A stretch of DNA of 20,000 nucleotides from an uncultured virus (IMG/VR IMGVR_UViG_3300037963_004868) (IMGVR_UViG_3300037963_004868); one strand, 5' to 3'; shown: positions 11,357-16,993, counted from the first letter of the stretch. Numbers and translations: made by a program. The notes: generated from the letters alone by a model not told the origin.

Positions 11357-11758
11357 TTACCTTGTCGATTCTAATATGAATGAAAACTGTTGTGATGGGA
11401 GGTCTTGTCCCACGATGTCAAAGAAGACTATGACATCAAAACTGTTATCATCAGGTCTTGGGTCCACTTGAACACGAGTATTTTCTACTCTATCTTCATA
11501 AAAATTGATTGTATTCAATATTTGAACACGAATTGCACTTGCAGTACCGACATCAACAAAGTCAAAAAGACTTTTACGCACATCGGAACCCAATTTGGAG
11601 TTAAAAAACCTTTCAGTTGGAATGGTTTCAACTAAATTACGAATAGATCTGATGATTGAACGCTCATTTATCAATACAGGAAGATCCTTCGTCACCGGAT
11701 GTGGGTCAAATGAAAAACTAATATCCTTAAAAGCGCGAGAAACCCTCTTAGTAGGCAT
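11357..11758 (-). CDS. gp25: Baseplate wedge subunit gp25 (GPW/gp25 family)
   Basis: 133 aa with FKDISFSF..HPVTKD, SIRNLVET..ERFF...GSDVRKSLFD and YEDRV; lies directly upstream of gp6. Confidence 0.93.
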   Translation of the reverse strand: MPTKRVSRAFKDISFSFDPHPVTKDLPVLINERSIIRSIRNLVETIPTERFFNSKLGSDVRKSLFDFVDVGTASAIRVQILNTINFYEDRVENTRVQVDPRPDDNSFDVIVFFDIVGQDLPSQQFSFILESTR

Positions 11759-11781
11759 TGAGCGTGTATTTTCTATAGATT

Positions 11782-11789
11782 TATTTATA
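11782..11789 (-). promoter_or_regulatory. T4-type late promoter TATAAATA for gp25-gp6-gp7
   Basis: Exact TATAAATA on the minus strand, 23 nt upstream of the gp25 ATG. Confidence 0.85.
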
Positions 11790-11804
11790 CCTTATATCAG
11801 AAAA

Positions 11805-11948
11805 TTATTGTTTTCTTTCCTTTTCAGTCAATTCTTCAGGGATATCATTGGTTTTATGTGGTTTACACCAATAATCTGTTATCAAACTAGTGGTTCCCCA
11901 CATTTTGTACATGTACTCAGTATCTCTATCAACATGATACTTTGCCAT
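11805..11948 (-). CDS. Small hypothetical protein, 47 aa (MAKYHVDRDTEYMYKMWGTTSLITDYW...ERKQ)
   Basis: Hand-translated; AGGAG SD just upstream of the ATG; below the ORF-track cutoff. Confidence 0.75.
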   Translation of the reverse strand: MAKYHVDRDTEYMYKMWGTTSLITDYWCKPHKTNDIPEELTEKERKQ

Positions 11949-12002
11949 TTTGCTCCTGTTTTATAAAAACAGAACTTTTTGAGGGGTTGCTATCCCTATC
12001 AG

Positions 12003-12010
12003 TATTTATT
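12003..12010 (-). promoter_or_regulatory. Late promoter variant AATAAATA
   Basis: NATAAATA on the minus strand immediately after the stop at 12011 and upstream of the 47-aa ORF. Confidence 0.65.
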
Positions 12011-12142
12011 TTACGCTTCCTCAGTCAAATTTTGAGGTTCATCGTCTTTATCGGTGTTTTTATTATCACCAACGACCTCACGAATTAGTTTTTCATGCTG
12101 TTTTGCTGCTAAATTGTCCAAAAAGTCACTAGTTGGTTCCAT
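12011..12142 (-). CDS. Small hypothetical protein, 43 aa (MEPTSDFLDNLAAKQHEKLIREV...)
   Basis: The ATG at 12142 overlaps the end of the upstream gene and has a GGAGGA-like SD; preferred over the longer track start at 12223. Confidence 0.7.
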   Translation of the reverse strand: MEPTSDFLDNLAAKQHEKLIREVVGDNKNTDKDDEPQNLTEEA

Positions 12143-12803
12143 TTTCTTCCTCCTGTTGGCGTTCTTTTGCTGTTTTCCAGTGATATTCGTCTTCACGACC
12201 CATACCAAGTCGTTCAAATCCATTTTCTACTTGATAATATTCGGTTGAAACCTTAAAATCAGGCATTTTTGGTTCCATAGGTGTCAAACTATTGTCAAAA
12301 ATACGCAATCTATTGTTTGGATAGAGTGCATATTGACCATTATTCAATTCAATAAGGTTATGAGACTTATGTTCAGCAGGATTTTCACTTGTTGCCCAGT
12401 CTACGTAGTCTGGATCATGATGATAGTTATCAATTGTACAAACATAAGTACCTTTCTGAATACCAAAGTCGCGTGTATAGCATTCAAAGTCCATTGAACC
12501 AATGAATTTTTTATCTATACTAACGACACCATAGTCCATACAGTTCCAGAATTGTAAATTAGGTAAATCCATATCAGGATCAGGAGTTTCTGGTTCTGAG
12601 AGGAAAGCGGAAATCGGTAATTTATCATAAATTGCCGCATATTCTGGTAAATAAGTTTCAAAATAAAAAGTGCGTCCAGGTATAGACTTAGCCGATACCC
12701 AAACGCCTTTTACAAATTCACCATGTCCACTTTGATGGTCAGTCAAATATTCTTTACGTACCCATACTTCTTGTGACGGAAGATTAGTAATAAGACAAGC
12801 CAT
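12129..12803 (-). CDS. Phage hypothetical protein, 224 aa
   Basis: Long ORF in operon orientation with WVRKEYL.DHQ.GHGEF and EHKSHNLIELNNGQYALYPNNR motifs that I recognise from marine phages; function unknown. Confidence 0.85.
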   Translation of the reverse strand: MACLITNLPSQEVWVRKEYLTDHQSGHGEFVKGVWVSAKSIPGRTFYFETYLPEYAAIYDKLPISAFLSEPETPDPDMDLPNLQFWNCMDYGVVSIDKKFIGSMDFECYTRDFGIQKGTYVCTIDNYHHDPDYVDWATSENPAEHKSHNLIELNNGQYALYPNNRLRIFDNSLTPMEPKMPDFKVSTEYYQVENGFERLGMGREDEYHWKTAKERQQEEENGTN

Positions 12804-12830
12804 TCAAAACGATGTAACTGGTCTATTTAA

Positions 12831-12983
12831 TCATCGCCCTTGTCCACGATATGCTTTCTTAGCGTTATTGCGAGAAGAAGCGGCATACTTCGTGTTTTTT
12901 CCGGACCCTTGACGAGTCTTCTTTGGTTTTCCAGGCATAAACCCTTCTTTACCAAGAGCACCAATCTTTGAACGCATTACCAT
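12831..12983 (-). CDS. Small basic protein, 50 aa, ending KKAYRGQGR
   Basis: Hand-translated MVMRSKIGALGKEGFMPGKPKKTRQGSGKNTKYAASSRNNAKKAYRGQGR; AGGAG SD at 12992-12996; the C-terminal YRGQG motif is recurrent in phage microproteins. Confidence 0.85.
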   Translation of the reverse strand: MVMRSKIGALGKEGFMPGKPKKTRQGSGKNTKYAASSRNNAKKAYRGQGR

Positions 12984-12994
12984 AATAATAACTC

Positions 12995-13153
12995 CTAGAA
13001 CTTAGTAATTTTTGTCTCAAGGTCTTGAGAACGTGGAGAACCTTTCTGATAAAATTCAATTGAAAGGTCTTCCATAATATCAAAGTACTTATCTTTAGTC
13101 AAGTTTTTATAAAGTACTTTCCCCTTATGGAGAATTGTATACTTCTCCTCCAT
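12995..13153 (-). CDS. Small hypothetical protein, 52 aa (MEEKYTILHKGKVLYKNLTKDKYFDIMEDLSIEFYQKGSP...)
   Basis: Hand-translated; fills the gap between flanking genes exactly. Confidence 0.78.
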   Translation of the reverse strand: MEEKYTILHKGKVLYKNLTKDKYFDIMEDLSIEFYQKGSPRSQDLETKITKF

Positions 13154-13157
13154 AATA

Positions 13158-13919
13158 TCAGATTACGCGAGACTTTTCGTGACCAACGCGAACGCGAGGA
13201 TCACACCAAATCTCAAATCCTGCTTCTTTTGCATCAAGACAGAATGATACATCTTCTCCACACATGTCCTGTACTTCACCAGATTCAAAGACTTGCATCT
13301 TTGGTGCAAACCAAGGATAAGGCATACCCTCATGTTCAAAGACTCCATTCTTAATCAACAACCATCCAAATCCTGCATAGTCTACAGTAAATGGTTTACG
13401 ACGCTTTGAAATAGTCTCCCCAGTTTCATGATTCATCACTCCACCATTATTACGGAAATCATCTTCTTCCATCCAATGTGCAACACTTGTAGTTTGACCA
13501 TCTTCGGTCATGTACCACCCACTTGCAATATCCTTATCCATTAACACCAGTTGATAGAATTTCTCAGTGTTAAACACAATGTCACTATCAATCCACAACT
13601 GATAGTCATACTTCAATTTACCATCCCATGGTTTTTGCTGAGGTCCACGCAATACATTTGCACCAAGACACTTACAACGTGCAAAGTTCACCATTGAACT
13701 ATAGTCTTGTGAAATTTGAATACTAGCACCACACTGTACTAGATCAAAACAAAGTTGCACAAAGTTTTTAAGATACGTATATGATACTCCACGACCAGGA
13801 AGACAGAAGACTACTGTCTTTCCTTTAAGCATCTCTCTTGCTTTATTATAGTCCCACTCTTGCTCTGCTGCTTTTGGTTTAGCGGGCGCTTTTGCTTTTA
13901 CTGTAAATCCTTTTGCCAT
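13158..13919 (-). CDS. GT-A fold glycosyltransferase-like protein
   Basis: 253 aa; YDYQLWIDSDIVF (DxD), AGFGWLLIKNGVFE, GEDVSFC...GFEIWCDPRVRVGHEK are GT2-like signatures. Confidence 0.8.
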   Translation of the reverse strand: MAKGFTVKAKAPAKPKAAEQEWDYNKAREMLKGKTVVFCLPGRGVSYTYLKNFVQLCFDLVQCGASIQISQDYSSMVNFARCKCLGANVLRGPQQKPWDGKLKYDYQLWIDSDIVFNTEKFYQLVLMDKDIASGWYMTEDGQTTSVAHWMEEDDFRNNGGVMNHETGETISKRRKPFTVDYAGFGWLLIKNGVFEHEGMPYPWFAPKMQVFESGEVQDMCGEDVSFCLDAKEAGFEIWCDPRVRVGHEKSRVI

Positions 13920-13958
13920 AATTAGGTCAAGTTTTGAATGTGAATCGATTCAATAGTA

Positions 13959-13987
13959 ATTATACTAGTAACTTAAGTGATAGTCAA
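13959..13987 (-). promoter_or_regulatory. Host sigma70-type promoter TTGACT-N17-TATAAT
   Basis: Near-consensus boxes with a counted 17-nt spacer, about 40 nt upstream of the glycosyltransferase ATG. Confidence 0.85.
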
Positions 13988-13989
13988 TA

Positions 13990-14178
13990 CTAGCATTCGG
14001 TTATTACGATGCTATCCTTATCTACCTCCATATTAATCTCTGTACCCTCATACCACCCAAACTCAGATATAATCCATTCAGGTATCTTCATAACATATTC
14101 ACCAGTTACAGGATCAACCTCTACATTGGTAAAATTTTCTCCGGGATTTTTTTGCATATGATGTATTTCGTTTTCCAT
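13990..14178 (-). CDS. AbrB/MazE/SpoVT-fold small DNA-binding protein (start may be 14157)
   Basis: GEYVMKIPEWIISEFGWYEGTEINMEVDKDSIVI fits the swapped-hairpin pattern IP..(l)...(l)g...G..v.(l).v....i.i. Confidence 0.7.
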   Translation of the reverse strand: MENEIHHMQKNPGENFTNVEVDPVTGEYVMKIPEWIISEFGWYEGTEINMEVDKDSIVITEC

Positions 14179-14278
14179 TCTTGGTTTATATAGAAAAGTG
14201 AAGAGTTATACAAAGACCTCGCAAAAGCAAGACTTTATAGATTAATGGTACCTAGTGGTTTTATATACGGGGCGCGGC

Positions 14279-14305
14279 GGCACCCCCGACGGCGGGGGCA
14301 CTGCC
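14279..14305. other. Strong GC hairpin at the island boundary
   Basis: GGCA-CCCCCG-acgg-CGGGGG-cac-TGCC; no U-tract on either side. Confidence 0.6.
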
Positions 14306-14326
14306 TATCACGCACTAACGCTGCTG

Positions 14327-14530
14327 TCAAGCGACCGTGTGCCAGTTGTCATTCTGCCACCAGGCGGCGTCGTGATATGCTACCCAGAACTCATGCCACA
14401 GTTGCTTACTGTCTGCGATGTTAAGTTCTGTCATCTCCGACACCCAATCATAGGCAAGGTCCAGGGATGCAGTGTTATCAGCAACAAAGGCGGGCAGTTG
14501 CAGGAGAGCGTCGGAGAATGAGAGAGGCAT
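14327..14530 (-). CDS. Early hypothetical protein, 67 aa, acidic and Trp-rich
   Basis: ORF preceded by the cassette promoter and leader. Confidence 0.75.
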   Translation of the reverse strand: MPLSFSDALLQLPAFVADNTASLDLAYDWVSEMTELNIADSKQLWHEFWVAYHDAAWWQNDNWHTVA

Positions 14531-14615
14531 GGTCCTTGTGTGAACTGAGATAATTGTAGGCGATGGAGAGGGCAGACTGTGGATGCCTGCCCTATCTTTA
14601 ACAATCGTTCACACT
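14531..14615 (-). promoter_or_regulatory. Cassette promoter 1: -10 TACAAT, hairpin over the -35 region, upstream HLR1-like direct repeat
   Basis: -10 at 14553-14558; AGGGCAG/CTGCCCT inverted repeat; TTAACAAT-cg-TTCACACT at 14598-14615. Confidence 0.7.
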
Positions 14616-14908
14616 CCCATCAGGCGGGCGATGCGCTCACGCTTACGCAGCGGCAGGAGTCGCTTGTAAGTGATCATTTTCTGTTTGCCCATCATGTACT
14701 CATAACGGCGGACCATGCCCTGAGACGCCATCGCCTTGAGCAGGAGCGTTACCGTTGTGCGTGCTTCCTTAGGCATCCCCAGTGCCTGATTGACCTCACA
14801 GGCACGCAGTCCGCCGCGTTGCTTATCAGTGTCCATAGGGAGCGTTGAGAGCACCGCCCACTGATAGGTGGCACCGAAAGATTGGCGGCGGGTGATGGAG
14901 GTGAACAT
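14609..14908 (-). CDS. Basic 99-aa protein, probable winged helix-turn-helix
   Basis: GLRACEVNQALGMPKEARTTVTLLLKAMASQGMVRRYE...ITYK matches a helix-turn-helix plus wing pattern. Confidence 0.6.
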   Translation of the reverse strand: MFTSITRRQSFGATYQWAVLSTLPMDTDKQRGGLRACEVNQALGMPKEARTTVTLLLKAMASQGMVRRYEYMMGKQKMITYKRLLPLRKRERIARLMGV

Positions 14909-14995
14909 GGTTCGTTTGTGTGAACTGAACTAATAATAAGAGATCAGGAAGGGGAACTGTAGATGGTTCCCCTTTTTTTAACAATCCGTCACATC
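14909..14995 (-). promoter_or_regulatory. Cassette promoter 2: -10 TATTAT, hairpin over the -35 region, upstream HLR1-like direct repeat
   Basis: -10 at 14933-14938; AAGGGGAAC/GTTCCCCTT inverted repeat; TTAACAAT-cc-GTCACATC at 14978-14995; spacing identical to promoter 1. Confidence 0.72.
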
Positions 14996-15488
14996 ACCAG
15001 CACTCTGAGAAAATGAACCCATCCTGTTCGCTGTAGTCATGACGTTCCAGGTTCTCCCAAGTCTCCTGCCAGTCAACCTCTACGAATCCAGGCAGATCCA
15101 GACAGTAGCAATCAGTGACCAACTGCTCAGCGAACTCAGCGCCTGACATTTCACCCTGATAGGAGTCACTGAAGCGGTCCAGATCATCTTCTCCATAAAG
15201 TTCAATAAAGGCGCGAATTGCATCAGCAGGATAATCTTCCAGGAGTTCATTAATTTGCTCCTGATAGTCACTATCCTCTGCCTTAATTTCCACCGCTTCG
15301 TTATCATCAAGAACGCGAAGAAGAGCGCCCTTAGACTTCAATAACTCAGTGTAGAAATCGGTGAAGTTAATCTTAGTGTTAGATCCTTCTGCCGTTGAGT
15401 AACCACAAGCGATGGCAATCTCAGAGGGTTTTTTACCCTGTTCGCGCATAGCGTTGTAGGTATCCAGGAGAGCGGTGCCAGTGATCAT
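14994..15488 (-). CDS. Fusion of a cyanobacterial AbrB-like N-terminal domain and an ArdA-like acidic antirestriction (DNA-mimic) domain
   Basis: Residues 1-54 (ITGTALL...SEIAIACGYST......INFTDFYTELLKSKG) resemble the cyAbrB N-terminus; the C-terminus (AIRAFIELYG..DLDRFSDSYQGEMSGAEFAEQLV...VDWQETWENL..DY...DGFIF) resembles ArdA. Confidence 0.75.
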   Translation of the reverse strand: MITGTALLDTYNAMREQGKKPSEIAIACGYSTAEGSNTKINFTDFYTELLKSKGALLRVLDDNEAVEIKAEDSDYQEQINELLEDYPADAIRAFIELYGEDDLDRFSDSYQGEMSGAEFAEQLVTDCYCLDLPGFVEVDWQETWENLERHDYSEQDGFIFSECW

Positions 15489-15546
15489 GGTTCGTTTGTT
15501 TGAACTTGAGTTAATGGTAGCACAGGATGGGCGGAGTCAACCGCCC
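15489..15546 (-). promoter_or_regulatory. Cassette promoter 3: extended -10 TGcTACCAT with a GGGCGG/CCGCCC hairpin whose loop is TTGACT
   Basis: -10 at 15514-15519; leader AAGTTCAAACAAACGAACC-ATG is nearly identical to that of promoter 2; the TTGACT spacer is only 15 nt. Confidence 0.65.
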
Positions 15547-15557
15547 AAACCTTAAAT

Positions 15558-15845
15558 TCAATGGAAGGAATCGTAAGCGGTGTCGGGCGTCGGGTCGTAT
15601 CCGTCCTCAATCGCAGCGACAGCATCCCGTGCAGTGTCTTCTACCTTATACGCTGCCAGGATCTCCTCCAATGCCCACCCGTCCTCCAGGTCCACCGGAA
15701 GGTCATTCAGCAGTTCTACCTCATCCCAGAAGGTACGGAAACCAAAATCATCCCAGCAAGTGTCGGTGTCCAGCGCCTGGCGGTTGCGGTCGTCCGCTGC
15801 CTGTTGCGCTTCGTATTGGTCCAGGGAGTAGTTGTGAAAGTCCAT
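15558..15845 (-). CDS. Highly acidic early hypothetical protein, 95 aa
   Basis: D/E-rich ORF with upstream -10 TATCAT and the palindromic operator at 15902. Confidence 0.75.
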   Translation of the reverse strand: MDFHNYSLDQYEAQQAADDRNRQALDTDTCWDDFGFRTFWDEVELLNDLPVDLEDGWALEEILAAYKVEDTARDAVAAIEDGYDPTPDTAYDSFH

Positions 15846-15901
15846 GGGGTGGATTGCAACTAAGAGAATGATAGGTCATTTTTTATCCTATGCCGCGGCC
15901 T

Positions 15902-15924
15902 TGTGCCAGTTGGCGAACTGTCCA
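15902..15924. promoter_or_regulatory. Palindromic operator-like motif, copy A (TGTGCCAGTT-ggcg-AACTGTCCA)
   Basis: One of four spaced copies; lies between divergent -10 boxes. Confidence 0.75.
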
Positions 15925-15965
15925 AAATTGGTTGGCGGGTGGTCGTGCGGATGTATGATAGGTTC

Positions 15966-16032
15966 AAATCAAAGGAGGTGCGGGGTAGCACTGCAGACGC
16001 CAAAGGTCGTCACCTCCCCTGCCTGCCGGTAA
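15966..16032 (+). ncRNA. Candidate structured small RNA, copy 1 (67 nt)
   Basis: -10 TATGAT at 15954-15959; aligns end to end with 16868-16935; stem GTGC-GGGGTA-GCAC covaries with copy 2. Confidence 0.65.
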
Positions 16033-16116
16033 TTGTTTCAGGAATGTTAAATTTCCAGAGGGTGTCCCATGGTGTGCTAGGATAGAGGTAGACCCTCCGG
16101 TAGGATTCTTAAATGT

Positions 16117-16144
16117 AAAAAAAGGGGAGAAAATATCCCCCCTT
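16117..16144 (-). terminator. Intrinsic terminator after the 110-aa gene
   Basis: GGGGA/TCCCC stem followed on the minus strand by T7. Confidence 0.75.
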
Positions 16145-16152
16145 AAATGTTA

Positions 16153-16485
16153 TCAACCCAGGCGCATTGATGAAAAGAAAGGAACAGTGCTGATACCTTG
16201 CACTGTGTTAATGTTCACAAACCAGTCAAAGTTTTTCTGAAAAACACAATCACCATCTTCACCATGTTCTGCCAAAATAGCATTAAGGCGGGATTTTGTG
16301 GTCACTGATTGCCAACCGCCGTCAAACAATCGGATGAAAGTATCACCAACCTCAGCAATTTTGTTTCCGTGGAGATGAACAGTAGAGACGCCAGATTCTT
16401 CGTCAAAATGAACAGAAGTGTTGCCAGATTGCCAGTTCTGATTGTTCTGAATGGCGGCGTTCATCAGGGATTCAATCTTACGCAT
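16153..16485 (-). CDS. Phage early protein, 110 aa (MRKIESLMNAAI...LHGNKIA...DGGWQSVTTKSRLNAIL)
   Basis: The ATG at 16485 follows promoter TGGCAC-N17-TATCTT and a typical leader; LHGN.IA and GW...TTK.RLNA motifs recur in phage early proteins. The track start at 16542 lies inside the promoter. Confidence 0.85.
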   Translation of the reverse strand: MRKIESLMNAAIQNNQNWQSGNTSVHFDEESGVSTVHLHGNKIAEVGDTFIRLFDGGWQSVTTKSRLNAILAEHGEDGDCVFQKNFDWFVNINTVQGISTVPFFSSMRLG

Positions 16486-16512
16486 GGTTGGGTGCCTTTG
16501 TTTGACTCTTTT

Positions 16513-16570
16513 AAGATACAGGAGGGAGCGGGTCTGTGCCACTCCCTTGTGCCACTAGGTTGACTGTCCT
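16513..16570 (-). promoter_or_regulatory. Promoter TGGCAC-N17-TATCTT plus operator copy B (16548-16570)
   Basis: Counted 17-nt spacer; TGTGCCACTA-ggtt-GACTGTCCT directly upstream. Confidence 0.7.
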
Positions 16571-16745
16571 ATGCCAGACGCTGCCAACCTTGTCCGGCAT
16601 TCTGTCGCCATTCTGCCCTAGCATCTTCCCGCGTCATCATCAGCATTTGAGAATCAGCGATCACCAGAACCTGATCGCCAATCGGTGTGAATGAAACCGT
16701 CTCCCCAAAATACGGGGCGTTGGGGTGTTGCTGAATGTAGGTCAT
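16569..16745 (-). CDS. Early hypothetical protein, 58 aa (MTYIQQHPNAPYFGETV...AREWRQNAGQGWQRLA-like end)
   Basis: The ATG at 16745 follows promoter TGGCAC-N17-CATCAT; the longer track version runs through regulatory DNA. Confidence 0.72.
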   Translation of the reverse strand: MTYIQQHPNAPYFGETVSFTPIGDQVLVIADSQMLMMTREDARAEWRQNAGQGWQRLA

Positions 16746-16769
16746 CGGGTTGCGGTGTGACTTGACACA

Positions 16770-16827
16770 ATGATGCCCCAAAATCAGACCCTGTGCCACC
16801 AAAGTAGACAGTTCAGAAAGTGGCACA
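16770..16827 (-). promoter_or_regulatory. Promoter TGGCAC-N17-CATCAT plus inverted operator copy C (16804-16827)
   Basis: Counted 17-nt spacer; GTAGACAGTT-caga-AAGTGGCACA. Confidence 0.7.
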
Positions 16828-16867
16828 GCAACCTCCCATAGTGTCCCAATCCCTGTTATCTTATAGG

Positions 16868-16935
16868 AAATCAGAGGAGCGGTGGGGTAACCGTGCGGAC
16901 GACAATACATCGCCACCGAACCTGCCGTCCGGTAA
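16868..16935 (+). ncRNA. Candidate structured small RNA, copy 2 (68 nt)
   Basis: Extended -10 TGtTATCTT at 16854-16862; stem CGGT-GGGGTA-ACCG; paralogous to 15966-16032. Confidence 0.65.
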
Positions 16936-16939
16936 ACAT

Positions 16940-16962
16940 AAAAAAAACCCCTGTCAAGGGGT
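16940..16962 (-). terminator. Intrinsic terminator with TTGACA as its loop
   Basis: Minus strand reads ACCCC-TTGACA-GGGGT then a T-tract. Confidence 0.7.
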
Positions 16963-16964
16963 CG

Positions 16965-16988
16965 TGTGCCAGTTTAGAAAGTGTCCAC
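16965..16988. promoter_or_regulatory. Operator-like motif, copy D (TGTGCCAGTT-taga-AAGTGTCCAC)
   Basis: Best match to the four-copy consensus. Confidence 0.75.
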
Positions 16989-16993
16989 TGTTC

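Noticed and set aside
11357..11758. gp25 as a lysozyme
   Set aside because: A common annotation carry-over; gp25 is a structural sheath-initiating wedge protein.
11405..13354. Plus-strand and alternate-frame ORFs overlapping gp25 and neighbours
   Set aside because: Overlap well-supported minus-strand genes.
14302..14330. TTGACA on the minus strand as a promoter
   Set aside because: The hexamer at 17-nt spacing is TAGGCA, lacking the conserved final T.
16108..16150. CTTAAATGT direct repeat flanking the terminator as a target-site duplication
   Set aside because: Encloses only a 25-nt hairpin; no mobile-element features.
15966..16935. sRNA candidates as tRNA, hammerhead, pistol or HDV-like ribozymes
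   Set aside because: No cloverleaf or TTCRA arm, no CUGANGA/GAAA core, no full complement to the 6-nt loop; a formal Infernal scan is still needed.
14531..16988. Intergenic repeats as a CRISPR array, integron attC array or DGR
   Set aside because: Repeats are degenerate, separated by whole genes and coincide with promoters; no cas, integrase or reverse transcriptase, and no adenine-specific repeat pair seen.
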